Shown: one piece after another, positions 36,012 through 49,529 of the stretch
Numbering within the stretch: position 1 is the first letter of the stretch
How the letters are laid out: each line of letters opens with the position of its first letter
DNA from: Chrysomallon squamiferum
Lineage: Eukaryota; Animalia; Mollusca
Assembly: GCA_012295275.1 (NCBI GenBank)
Contig: CM022665.1
Location: 2,790,001 to 2,854,000, forward strand
Direction of reading: 5' to 3'
Length of the DNA: 64,000 bases
Translations under genes and position numbers: made by a program
The notes under the pieces: model-generated
Database searches by the model: none
Told to the model about the DNA's origin: nothing
Seen by the model: only the letters and a program-made list of their open reading frames with translations

Positions 36012-38642
36012 GTTTTGAGATCAAAATTGACTGTGAATTGTCACACCAGAAATGACTTGGTAATGGAATTAAAACAAAAATAATTATTTATATTATATAA
36101 GAACAAGACACAGTGTGTGTGTTTGTGAAATGCAATTTATAAAGGTTTTTTTTTTTTTTTTTTTCGATGTTAATAAAAATAGAGAAAAATGGAATCAAAT
36201 TTTTATATAGATTAGGAAATTAAAACACTTGTTTAAAAGATATTTAATTAATTATATTAAATATGAACAGAATTAAATCATAAATTTAAATTTTTCTCTC
36301 TCATTTTTTGTGTCTGTATGTTCACCAGTTTGCAAAACTTGTTAAAAAAACAAACGTTAATTAATGATAAAATTGATTTGATAAACTAATATATATATAT
36401 ATATATTAGAATTTTATTTTCACTCACTTCCATTTACATATGTTTTAAAAGGTGAATTAATATCTGTCTGAACACTGAATTAATTAATAAAAAACAAAAA
36501 AAACTTTCTTTTATTATTATCATTAGTTATTTTGTTTTTTAAATTTAACTAAGGACAATAATAAAATAGTTAAACAATGTCTATTTAAAGCATAAAATAT
36601 TTTACTATTTTTATTTTACAAAAACAAAAAATAAAATTGGGGTTTTAAGATGAATATTAGAACTAGTAAAATTCATGCTGGTTTACAAGCACTGGTGATT
36701 TAAAAAATAATAATAATAATAATAAAAATTTAAAAAATATTTTTTTTTTATTATTAAGAATGATATCAAAAAGCAAATTTAATAACTGGAATTTAATGTA
36801 ACTTGAAGAAAATTATAAAAAATATTTCCAGATAGGAAGTAATTATATTTTGTTACATCAAAAACATTACAGTAAAATAGAAAATAACTTTTAAAATACA
36901 GAGACAACAGTAATTATATAAATAGTATTATTCATTTAAAAAGGTGTATCTGTCATGTGATCTTTATATTTTTGATATTAAAACCATATTACACTAACTT
37001 CAAAAATAACTTCTCTTGTATGTTTTTCTTTGATTTATTTTACAAAATGATAAATAATTTCCTTTTATCAAATAAAATATATAAATAAATAAGTAAATAA
37101 AAAAACAAAAATAAAAATAAAATAATAAAATAGTAATAATAATAATAAATAAAATTAAAAGTAATAAGAATAAATAAATAAAAATAACATTAAAAATATG
37201 AAGAAATAAATAATATTAATAAAAAAGTAATAAAAATAAAGTACAGAAATATTAGTTAAAAATGTAGATATATATAAGTATTTCTCATGTCAAAAATGTA
37301 GGTAATTTCAATAATAATAATAATAATAATAATAATAAGTTAAAATAACAAAATTAAAGTTAATTAATAGACTAATAAATAAATATATAAAATGTAAATT
37401 AGTGTTAATTGTTACAGTTTTTCCAGGTTTCTTTCTGTTTTATTAATATTGTGATAAAAATTAAATAGTTTTTCTTAAAACAGTTTAGTTTATTTTTGGA
37501 TTAATGCTTTTAAAAAAATAATATATTCCATTTACATTCTGAAGTTGAATACAACTAAGCAAATGGTTAATAATAAATAATGGATTGTATAAATTACATT
37601 GTATTTAGTTATAATATAAAAAAAATAATAATAAGTGGTTTTCTCTGTGCTAAACAAAATGCTTGAAAGCACTTTCTGGGTTACAACTGAAAATATAAAC
37701 TTGAGAATATTGTAATGACATACACACACTCACAAACACATACAAACATGCATATGCATTCACATGCATGCACACAACAGACACACAAAATATATTTAGA
37801 ATATTTCCATAATACATATATGTGGAATACAATCTTCATGAAAATATTATCCAATCATTTTCAAGTGAGACTGAAAGAGGTTATATATATATAAAATGTT
37901 ATTTCTTAACACATAATCATCTTGAATTCCATGCTGTATAACAAAACACACTTGCAGATATTTTAACAGAACATTTGTCAAATATCACACAGCAGTTTGT
38001 TTAACTTGTATTTTGGCTTACACTGTGTTGGTACATCCTTTGAAAAAATAACTGCTGCAAAAACTTATTCAGCTCATAAAATATTGAACACATCGTGCCC
38101 TACATTACCAGCGATAGAGAATTTTCAGTCCTCGTAGATCTTTTTCTTTCTCTGTTTGTTTTGAGGTAGAATATCTCCATTAAAAAACATTCCACTTCCT
38201 CCAGCTCAGCAATTTGCTTACATGATGGAAACACATTTTTACTTGTCTTCATTTTTATACTCTGCTACTACTTATACATGCTGTGCTTTATGCTAAATAA
38301 GGGTGTTAAATTAATAAGCCTTTGCAAGCTTCTATATGTGAAAAGCAGATAAAAAAAAAATAGTGTTTACTCTAAGACTTGTCTGATAATGTGATAACAC
38401 TCTAGAATCAACAGCCCAAGTGTTAGTGAATAATAAAGTTTACTCTTGTGCTTGTATGCAAGAGTGATGATGCTAGGAATGCTTTCAGCATTAATTTTAC
38501 AATATCCCCCTGAGAACATGGTATAAGAACATTACAGTAATACACTGAGGGTCTTATTTCAATAGGTTAACATGGCATGAGAGTTTAGTTGAATGATTTT
38601 GGCTTCTCTTGTAAAGTGGATTTTGTAAATCTTCTCTTGCAG

Positions 38643-38716
38643 GGAGAAAGAGGATGACCTAGAACAGAGATACGAACTGCTCAATCGAGAACTGCGGGCC
38701 ATGATGGCGATAGAAG
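38643..38716 (+). CDS. EHBP1: EHBP1 coding exon, bMERB (EKEDDLEQRYELLNRELRAMMAIE)
   Basis: 74 nt, phase 2 to 1. Confidence 0.95.
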
Positions 38717-39087
38717 GTCTGTTAATACATTTATATTGTTTAATATTTTCATTTTACACACGTGAAATGTAGGGTGGATACTAATACAAATCAATTAATA
38801 AACAAAATCATCATCAACAACAACAACAACAACATAAAATTAAATTAAATTAAAAAATAGTGATAATAATAAATAATTAATAAATAAAAATAATTAAAAA
38901 AGGGCACACGCTTCAAATACAAAGATGTATAATTAAACTTGTAACATACGAATCATAATTATGAGAATTCATTATGAAACAGCATCAAATAAAAAGATAT
39001 AAAATTCATAAATGCAAAACATTATTTTCAAATAATCACTTATTTTTAAAATTATTTTATTCATTTACTTATAAACAAATTTATAAA

Positions 39088-39211
39088 AACAAGTTACTTT
39101 GACAGCAGAATATTATCTTAAATATCTTGTGAATTTATGACATCACAAAACTATGATGTCATAAATTCACAAGACATTTAAGATAATATTCTAGTGTTAA
39201 AAAAACTTGTT
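39088..39211. repeat. Long inverted repeat / hairpin (core arms 39107-39145 and 39154-39192, 8-nt loop)
   Basis: 38 of 39 core positions are complementary. Imperfect pairing extends about 19 nt further on each side. Confidence 0.93.
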
Positions 39212-40539
39212 AATGCATTAGATATTTTGCAACACACACATAAAAGCAAAAAAGAGAAAAGAATTACAGTGTTGACTAAACATTATATATTCATATCTGG
39301 AAAATTAATAGAATTTGTCAATATAGAAAGCTTGTACTTCACCCTTCCTTGAGCAGATACTTTTGAAATTTACCTTGTAAATTAAGAGGTGTTTGTATAT
39401 GATAGAGAGAAATGATATGTAATACTTTCTACTCAATAAAAGATGTAAAATGTGTATGAATAATGTTACACACACACACACACATATGATTAAAAGGAAT
39501 AAAAAGTAATGTCTATAGAAATAGGAATTTCACAACACAGGAATCACATACACTGCACTAAATTAATTCACCAAAAATGGTATTATTTGTTTAAAAATAT
39601 CATTGAATTATTTTTATTGTTGTTGTTGTTGTTGCATCTTTAACATAAAAACATGATTTATTGTCTGTCTTAATATTCTACTTAATAAACTTTTTTTTAA
39701 TATACAAATAACTGACTTTTTCAATTGAATTATTAATTATTGGTTTAAAAAATTGTCAGATTTATTAATTTATTTATTTTTATGTTGTTTACCATTAGAT
39801 GTTCTAAATTATTGAATTACATAGGTCAAAAAAAACCCACTGAGATATGTGATATGAGTATATATATTTTTAATTTAAAAAGAAAAAGAATATAAAATTA
39901 ATAATAACTTATTATTATTATCTTTTTTTTTTTTTTAAATTACAAATATAGTTATTTAAAAAACAAAAATTAAATCCAGTTATTTTTATTTTTTCCTTTT
40001 TAAATAAGTAAATTATTTGAGGAATGTAAAAAGTTCATTCACTGCAATTTGTAATGCTCAAACTGTTCATTGTAATACTAGTGTTTGTTTTCTGGTAAAG
40101 AAACTACAAGAGCACTTTAATATTCACTTGAAAGTTCCTTTGATAACACACTGGTATTCATCTAATCAACAATTTGTCTTTATTTGTTTCCTTCTCTTTC
40201 TAATATGTTTCCCCTTGTGATCCAGCCTCAAGGAAAATGAACCCATTGAGCAATGTTTGATCTTAGACTGTTACACAAACTGAGCATATGGAGCTCTTTC
40301 AAATGGCATGCTTCACAGATTTCCATTTTATCATTGTCATTAAGTTGATCAGGAATGTCAGTCAAATCTATGCTGTTAATGTACCTGCCCCCTTTTGACC
40401 TTGAAAATACTTGTTTTTAACCTAAGAAATTTTGATAATGAGTAACTCATGTTAGAGGAGTCTCATTATTTTTTTTTTAGAGTAAATATCTTGATTTTTT
40501 AAATTTTAATGTTCTTTTTTTTTTGTTCCATTCTCTTTT

Positions 40540-40571
<32 letters not shown>

Positions 40572-40910
40572 AACTTCCATAATGAATAATCAAAATAAAT
40601 TTGCTGCAAAGTTCTTCATGTTTTATCTTTCAGAATTAATTAGCTCCTGATTTTTCTAATAAAAATTAATTAACAAATGAGTATTTTTTTAGGTCTCTGT
40701 CATAATTATACTTAATGATGAATACGGAATGACTAATGACCTTTTATGGTTTTCTGTTTGTGAAACATTTATCTACACCAGTCAGATTTTTAATTTCATT
40801 AAAGCTGGAATTATTATTTTCAAATCAGAAGATCAAATTTCTTCTCTTTTTTTGGGTTTTTTTTTTTTTTTTTTTTTTTTCTAGAACATTTTTACTTTTT
40901 TTAAAACTTG

Positions 40911-40945
<35 letters not shown>

Positions 40946-43928
40946 TGTGGTTTAAATATTTTTATTGGAAATATCTTTGGACATTCTTGGCTTAATTCTG
41001 ATATTTATTCCATAATCAATAAAGTAATCTCTATAAGAAATTGATATTTTGAAGATGTGGTTCTTAACATGAGAAGTGAAAGAAATGATTGCCGTTCGGT
41101 TTGCATGTATTCTTTGACTGCGGCGGAATCTCCTCAATCTTGCCATTTTTGACACTCAGCCATATGGCAGTGTTGTTCTGTCTGTCACAACTGAACACAT
41201 AATGCTCCCATGTCTGGCAAACTATTTTGATGGCAATTTGCAGAACAATTAGCCTATAGATTGAACCTGACTTGGAGGTAATATTAATCTCTTTCAGGAT
41301 TTTGTTGTTGACAGTGTTGAAACAAATGCATCATTTCATTCCATGCACATAAGGCCAGATTTGTTATAGCTTTATTATTTCACCAATACTTAGCGAGCCG
41401 GTCAATTGTGTATGTCAGAAATGATGGATGTGATCATTGTGTAGTCATGTGGTATCATCTCTACCTCCATACTGGGTTAAGTGTCATTCTACATTTCCAT
41501 ATGGTTACACATTAAAGTTTAAAGCGTTAAAAGACTCGTATCATATTCTGCTCTTTCTTTTTCATTTAAATTAATTTATTATTTTAATTATGTTTCATTT
41601 AATTGGTAGAAATTTAAAAAATATATATAAAATTAAAATTTGTGTTTCAATAGTGAATAAATTTAACAGTTACCTTCAGCAAAAACAGCAAATAGTAAAA
41701 CAGTTCTAGCTATGCGGTAGTAAACTGGCCCACTGGGATATCAGGACATTTCATGGTGGACATTTCATGGTGGACTGCCAAAATTTTCATATTTTTATTA
41801 TAAGATAAATAAACTTTTCTAGTATTTGTATTACATAAACAACAACACTGAATAGATGTAACATTTTATTTCTTTAAAACATTTTCTTTTATTTAATTCT
41901 TTTGTCTTTGTTTTGGGGTTGAGTAGGCCTGTTAAGTAAGCTCTTTAAAACATTTGAGAAATTTGAGACCCAAAATGTCACAGTTTTAGGTAATTAAAAA
42001 GACAAATTAATAAAAAAAGAAGAAGAAGTAGCAGAGGGGGAAAAAAAGATTATGTATTAATTTGTTTGATTGTTCATCAAGAATTTCTTTATGGTCATTG
42101 TAAACTGTTGCAGACTGTGATGGTAGAAAGAGATGTACTGTTAGAAAATGATTAAAGACCCAACAGCCGCTAATACCAGCCTAGATGATTAAGCCATTGT
42201 CTAGTGACACTGTCTTATAATGAAGATGCTACAGTTTAACCATATGCTTCTTCAGAGAGACAAAGAAAATGAAAGTGCTTGATTTCACTCCCTGTCACTT
42301 TGCCAAACTGTGGCTGTTACAGTGCCAAAATGAAGTTCAGTGCTTAACTTGTCACCAACTGAAAGTTATACACTCTCTTTGTGTCGGTCGCATGGCTCCT
42401 TGGTTGTACCACGTGGCTGCTAGAATTAAGGTGCAACACAACACCCTAACATGAAGCAGAACATCACTGCCAGAGAAAACCGAGATGGAAAAATTAAGTC
42501 TTCAAAAGATATGTCAGCAGAATGTCCTGAGTTATCTTGCCTGGCCATTGAAACACCTGCCATGTTGGAGATATTGTTACACGGGAACATTACTGGTTTA
42601 GCACATGGGCACGTGCCACTGTTTGGTCACCAGCTGAAATTGCTACAGGCATTTAATAACAAACTGGTTACACTCCTCCCTGCTTCATACAGAGTTAATA
42701 CTCATTTGTAACAGTTTTATGTCTCAGTCCATCTCAGTTTAGTTCATACATACCTGGCAAAACTAGTGAAACTGATTTTGATTTTTTTCATTTGTTTTGT
42801 TGTTTTGTTGTTGTCATAATGGAAAAATAGGTGAACTATTTTAAACAAATAACAAACTAAGAAAAATAATAAAATATAACATTTTCTACCAACATCTATA
42901 TTACACTTGCTGGTGATTGAAATAATTATACTTACATATATAAATGCTTGTTAGAAATTCAGATTCAGTGTATATTAATATAAGTATAATAAAGTTTTAA
43001 TTGTAAGGAGAAACTGATTCTAATAATAATAAAATTATTATTATTATTATTATTATTGTTATTCATTTCTTTAAACTTCACCTTTTTATATGAAATAAAT
43101 ATGAAGAAAAAAGAAATGGGTGTGTTTTAGCCTCATAAAAGATATGTAATGATTTGTTAAGTGATTCTTGTTCAGTAAATCAAGTAGTTGTACAGTATCT
43201 TTTAACTTACCAGACTTTCTTTATTAAAAAAAAAAAAAAAAGCAAATCATGAAGTTAAAGTATATTTCTCATATTCAAGTAACATCAAAAAAGTAAACTT
43301 GGCATGTATTTACTGTGTTTGACATTGAGACTGTAAGAATATGGCGAATCACTCTCGTTAACATATCTACAATTTGTTCAGGTGACTCTTCACATTTCAT
43401 TGCCAATTACAGCCTACACCTCACCATTCACACTTCCAAAACTTAGACCACCATTTCCACTGCCTGTTTGTCCAGCATCAGAATGTGGCCACACTTGTCA
43501 GTCACAGAAAAGAAAACAGTATTAATTTGGTAGAATGTGTAGTATGACCCGAAGTAAACGTTTGTTGCTGACTCTGTTTGAGTCTTAGATTAACCTGTTA
43601 ATACACACCATTACCTTTGAAACTCACAGCGGTTCTTTGTGGTGCTGACAGTATGGTGTTTGTAGAAAAACTGTCCTCTATTTGCTGCCATATGTTGCAG
43701 GTTAGAGCCAGCCAGTCCAAGTGTTTGTGTTTGCAGGTGGATGTGTGCACACTACTTCACTGTGCTAATATTTAGTTTTCTTAACACAACACGTGTGTAG
43801 TTAAAAAGATATTACTAGCCAGGTTTTTTTTTCTTTAGTAAAATTTTAGGATGAACGACGTTAATAATTTTGTAAGTTGTTTTTTTTTAACTAAAACAAA
43901 AATGACATTAAATTATAGTTGTGTGTGT

Positions 43929-43971
<43 letters not shown>

Positions 43972-44250
43972 TACAATTAATAAAAGACAGATATACCTGC
44001 CCCAAAACATGAACTGTCATTTTTTTTGATGAAACAAGATGTCCAACTGAAACATTATTTCAACATGTTTAGAAAAAAACTTACAAATTATTTATAGACA
44101 AAATCTTCTAATTTTTAAGTGATACTGAAATTCTCATTTAATTTCTCATTCATTAAAAAAATAAAATAAATAAATAAATGAAGACGAAGAAGAAGAAAAA
44201 ATTAATTAAAGAAACTGGACATTTAAGAATTAAATGTTGTAACTTTGTAG

Positions 44251-44365
44251 ACTGGCAGAAGACTGAGTCTCAGAAACGCAGAGAACGCTTGTTACTGGAG
44301 GAACTGGTAAATGTTGTTAACAAGAGAGATGAGCTAGTCCAGCATTTAGATACCCAGGAAAGAGC
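44251..44365 (+). CDS. EHBP1: EHBP1 coding exon, bMERB ([39 protein letters not shown])
   Basis: AG/GTAAGT, 115 nt, phase 1 to 2. Confidence 0.96.
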
Positions 44366-45569
44366 GTAAGTAATCTTCATAACAGTATTTCAGTAGTAGA
44401 CAAACCTAGGAAAGAGCATAAGTTTATGACTTACAAACAGTGTAGATTTAGCAAGATTTAAATAATAGCTTTTAATGCACGGTAAATGGTAATAAAATTA
44501 ACTGGAAATGTATATACTCACTTCAAACTTAAAAGTCTCTTAAACTGTTTATTTATTTAATTTGTTTTACTTGAATTTATTTATTTATTTATTTTAATTT
44601 TTATTTATTTATTTATTTATTTATTATTTATTTATTTATTGTTATTAAAATGTTATTATTTATACCCTTTTTTTTTTTTTTTAACCAGATTAAAAATAAT
44701 TATTCCATCTGTAAATAAATAAATTAAGAAATACGGGGTATTAATTAACTAATTAAAAGGGCAGCAGTCAAGTTGAAAGATAAATTTTAAAAATTACATG
44801 CATTATTAATATGTCAGATTTAAGTTATAATTAATCAGTTTCATTTGCACAACCCTGATAATTAACCAAAATTAAACTTCACTGAGTCTTTTGTCTTGTG
44901 TCACCACTGAGTGAAAAGTTTGATGAAAACTTCAAAGGAGTCGGCTAATTAAGCAATTAAGAGATTGTCTCTAATCTTCAACTTACCTCATATTAAAGCC
45001 TTTCACTGGCAAAAATATCAATTTTGATTTGTATGTCTTCTATGCATGCTGGGATATATTACCCGGCAGTGGAATAATTGCATCAGAGCTGTGCAGATAG
45101 ATTAATTATTGATTTAATTACAGCTAAGTTTAATATTGAAGGCACTACTGCATTTCATCTGTAAATAGTAATAATGATTATTGCTTTGTTGATTTGGCGT
45201 GAATTTAATGAAATAAGACATGCATTTTTTTTTTTTTTTTTTTTAAATATTCTTTTTATTTATTTGTTTGTTTTCTTTCATATTCTTTTTTTTTTATTTT
45301 TTTTTTTTCTCTCTGTTTTATTTATTATTTATTATTATTATTATTATTATTATTTTTTTTTTTTTTTTTTAATTGTTGTTATGCAGTCTGTTATGATATC
45401 TGTTATGTAAAACCTGACTTGGAAGACTAAAGATATAATTTTTTTTAATTTATAAATTATTTCGCTGGAGCAGTTTCAGTGACCCATTATCAGGTAGAAG
45501 ACACAGATTACACCTGCATCTAATTAATTATTGACTCATTTCAGCATTAACTGAGAGACAAGCTGTAGA

Positions 45570-45820
45570 GAAATATTTTACAACACATTTTAATATTCCC
45601 AGTTATTATATTTTTTGTAAATGAGGGAAAAATCCTGCTGTCAATGAGAAGAAGCAAGGAATATTTTATTTTATGCTGTTTTTCAAAGACAGGAAAGCAC
45701 GATGTATAGTTTTTTAAAAAGCAGTAAATGTGTTCTCAGTTTTTAGTGGGAAATAGTCCATCACTGTCACTGAAGAGGACTGATCCCAGAACCCTTCATA
45801 TAACAGATACACTGTAATCT
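45570..45820 (-). mobile_element. Degenerate tRNA-derived (Nin-domain-type) SINE relic
   Basis: The + strand reads GAGGGAAAAATCCTGCTGTC..AGAAGCAAGGAATATTTTAT..AGACAGGAAAGCAC..GAGGACTGATCCCAGAACCC. This is an antisense, decayed version of the core at 51865-51950 followed by a B-box-like end. Confidence 0.5.
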
Positions 45821-45832
45821 GTTTAAGTATGG

Positions 45833-45929
<97 letters not shown>

Positions 45930-45972
45930 TACTACTACTACTGTTATATTTATTATTTTTTTATTTTCACAG

Positions 45973-46057
45973 AATTGAGCAGGATGAGTATCTGGAAAAG
46001 CAGATTTCTGAGGGTCGCATTCCACTCAAAGATGAGAAGAGTTGTTCTGTACAGTGA
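45973..46057 (+). CDS. EHBP1: EHBP1 last coding exon (IEQDEYLEKQISEGRIPLKDEKSCSVQ*), CaaX motif
   Basis: Phase-2 acceptor, TGA at 46055-46057, C-terminal CSVQ. Confidence 0.95.
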
Positions 46058-49000
46058 TGTCTGTCGTAACCACAGAAGATGTAAAAATATGTGAGATTAA
46101 ATAGCACAGCTTTATGACAGTGAAATACTCTTTGTGAAAATCAGGACAACATCATGTATGAAAACGTTTTGTGATTGCAAAACAAAATTTTTAGTTTTTC
46201 GTTCCTGTCTTTTTTTTTGTTTTTTGTTCGTTTTGTAGTTCCTTAGTTTTCATTTTAATTTTTTTTTTTTTTCATATTGAGATAATAAAAATTAGTAACA
46301 CTCAGAAAATTGTAGTCCGCCACTCAATCATGCATGAATGTTATTAGTTGTTAGTAAATATGATATTGTTTGTACAATTATTTACCTGTTTAATCGTTAT
46401 CTCGGTGGTGTTGTTTAACATTATTTATTAAACTTGTATTCTGTTGTTGGTATATTTTTATCAGTATAATTTTCACTGTTCTATTTTGCATTTGTTGTTG
46501 TAAGTATTTATTGTTATCTTTTTTGTTTAGTATACATTTGTGAGTGTTTTTTTTTTTTTTTTTTTTTTTTTTTTCACTTGTAAAAGATTTGTTTGGAGGA
46601 AGACCTACATTTCTGTATGTAGCAAATAGAAAATTAGCAAGACTGATCATAAGATGAAAGTGCTGTTGTAAAATGTTTAATTGATTTTCAAATTGACTTT
46701 TTCTTGTATTTATTTTCTAGAAGACTATATTTAAAAATAATAATAATAAATACTTAAAATATCTATCAAAAATATGTGTGAAAAAAATATTTAAATACAA
46801 ATTTAAAAACCAACTAAATTTTTTTTTTCAGTTTATGTGACCACTTAATAATCTTTTTGTTAAAAATATGAAATGATAATCTGTCAGTTATTTTGTACGA
46901 TTCAGTTTGCACATGCTGATAATTAAACATAATCACTTTAATTATAAACTGAAATAATAACAGATTAGGAAAAGTTAATTACAAAAGTAATTATTTTAAA
47001 AAACGATAAAAAGAAAAGAAAGTTTTAAAAATTGTGTTTTCTTTTCAGCCAATAGTTGAAATACTTTTCTGGGATTAGGGATTTCTATTTTTAGTATTTT
47101 TTTTAGTATAACCACATGCATATTTTTTTTCTTATAACAATTGAAATAGACATCAGAATATATTTTTGTCATTATTATTGTTGTGAAGACAACAAAATGT
47201 TTTATTCTCTGTGAACTCTGCTGTTGAAAGCATGCTATATTGTGACACTATTATAACTTACAGTAGAATAGTCTTAGTGCTATAATGCAAGCTTAAAGTA
47301 CTGTTGAAAATATATATAATTATAAAATAAAGAACATACTGTGGAATAAATAGGAAACGTTTTAGGGAATTAATGTATGTACAGATATGTAAAACAAATT
47401 TTACACTCTAAGGATATAGACCAAAATATCCATTGTTAGTATTCTGAAAAGATTTAGCACTGAAAGGACCATGTTGAACTAGAGGTGTATCTGGTTCATA
47501 TCTGCAGGTTTTAATATTGCTGAAATAATGACCAGTGTCTTTTCTGTGTGATTCTGCTTTTCAGAATATCAAATCTTTGACAAGAATGAAGTGGCTAGTT
47601 GTTGCGCACATACTCATTAATGTTCAGTGTTGAAATTAGTAAGCTCTATGAACTAAGCAAGTAAATTGTAATATTTGTGTATTGTAAAGCTAGAGTGATA
47701 ATAATTATTTTTAAAATTTAAAAACAAATCCCCACCAAAAAAAAAAATAAATAAATAAATAAATAAATAAACTCCTTCTTTTTGGAGAAAATATTACTTT
47801 ATGTTAGAATAAATTTGATTTTTTGTATTAATTTTTGTAACAATTAGATTTTCACATGTTGAGAATGTGAACTGGCATAATATTGATGTTTTATTGTTAA
47901 TTGTGTGTGTGTGTGCACATCAACAAATGTAGATGTTCTGCATTTTATGATATTATGTATTTTTCTTTGTTGATGTACTTGCGAAAAAGGAAAAAAAAAA
48001 AAAAAAAAAAGAAGAAGAAAAAAAACGTGTAATTTACACCACACAAATGTTGAATATTTTCAGCATAATTGTGCTACATGTACTTGTTTTCTTCAGAATC
48101 ACTGGTGTATTTGAGCTTTGATGGAAAATATAACAAGTTAAAGAAAGCACATGCCACTTGATGTAGTATATTATTATTTATTAGTTTTGTTTTTGTTTTA
48201 GTTAACTGGAAGAAATCAGATAGTTAATTTTAATTTTTTTTTTTTTTTTTTTTTTTATATATATTTATTTTTAATTGTAACTCTATTGTCAGTCTTTATA
48301 ATAGTTAATGTATTATATACATACATAAGTTTAATATTATATACACTATTATTTTTGATTAATTGTAAGTTTTCAACATGTATATTTTAAAATGAATTAA
48401 AAACAAATTATGTGTACAAATTATGATTTATTGTGTCCATTATTATTATTATTATTATTATTATTTTTTATTATTTATTTATTTACTCATTTGTTTATTT
48501 ATTATTTTAAATAGTTAATAAAAATGTGACATGTGTCACTAATGATGAGTTTATAAAGATGATTTAAAATCACTGTTGGCGGTGAATACATCAATACATT
48601 GTCGCTGCTCTTTATTCTTGCCTGTACCAAAGCTTGTATCTATGTACGTACGTATGTATTCTAGTGCACTGCATTTTACACGTGTATCCGTCCATTCTGC
48701 GATTAGTTCTGCTTGTTCTGTTCTCTCTTAGCATTATTGATATCAATATTTCTTTAAACGTTTGAAATAAATCATTTTATAGTAGAATGATTCATTAAAT
48801 GTGCATTAAAATGATTAAATGTAAAGAAACTTGAATAAGATGTATTGTACTAAAAGTATTAATGCTGGACATGAAACGAACTTTTGGAAATTTTTACTAA
48901 TTTATATTTTCAGGCTAAAGCTGCATTTATATTGTTAAATTTACATCTATATTTCTTTAATTTCTATGGTAACAAAACGGTTACAACGTCTGTCTGCGTT

Positions 49001-49173
49001 TACCATTGTTATCCCAGTTATTTTTAAAAATTTAATGTTTCAAATTAAGGCCATTGTTTTAAAATGGAATATAAAGTACACTTAAGAGAGAAACTGCATT
49101 TTAACTTTCGTGACTTTTTGAGTATACAAATATTTATATTACTAAAACATTATCATCATCATTATTATTATTA

Positions 49174-49234
<61 letters not shown>

Positions 49235-49497
49235 GATTGATATTATTGATATTATTATTCCTAGGTGCTTGTCAATAAACTTGTTCTGCAGTGTTAATTC
49301 ATGTGTTTGTATTTTATTGAAAACAAAATATTCCTATAAATTTTTTAACTGTAAACGTGAAAATCTTTTTTTCAGAGAAAGTACTACATTTTCTTTTATT
49401 ATTGTTATTACTACTACTACTACTACTACTATTAATATACTATTATTACTATTAATTTTTCTTTCTTTCTTTCTCTCTCTCTCGCTCTCTTTCTTCA

Positions 49498-49529
<32 letters not shown>

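Larger units (their letters stand above)
11680..48420 (+). other. EHBP1: Gene span: EH domain-binding protein 1 (NT-C2, 6 NPF, CH, coiled-coil/bMERB, CaaX)
   Basis: 21 coding exons sum to 3531 nt including the stop (1176 aa; 1161 without the 45-nt cassette) with consistent phases. The N-terminus MSVWKRLQRVGK and the domain order are typical of EHBP1. The 3' end is guessed from ATTAAA at ~48396 and the CpG transition. Confidence 0.95.

Noticed and set aside
40017-40045. GGAATGTAAA resembling the miR-1 5' end
   Set aside because: The rest does not match miR-1 and I see no hairpin partner.
41700-41990. Possible MITE with a 14-bp tandem duplication GGACATTTCATGGT
   Set aside because: No convincing TIR pair or TSD found.
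42269-42711. ORFs of 61 and 86 aa in the EHBP1 intron
   Set aside because: No recognisable domain or compatible splice sites. The flanking bMERB exons join directly.
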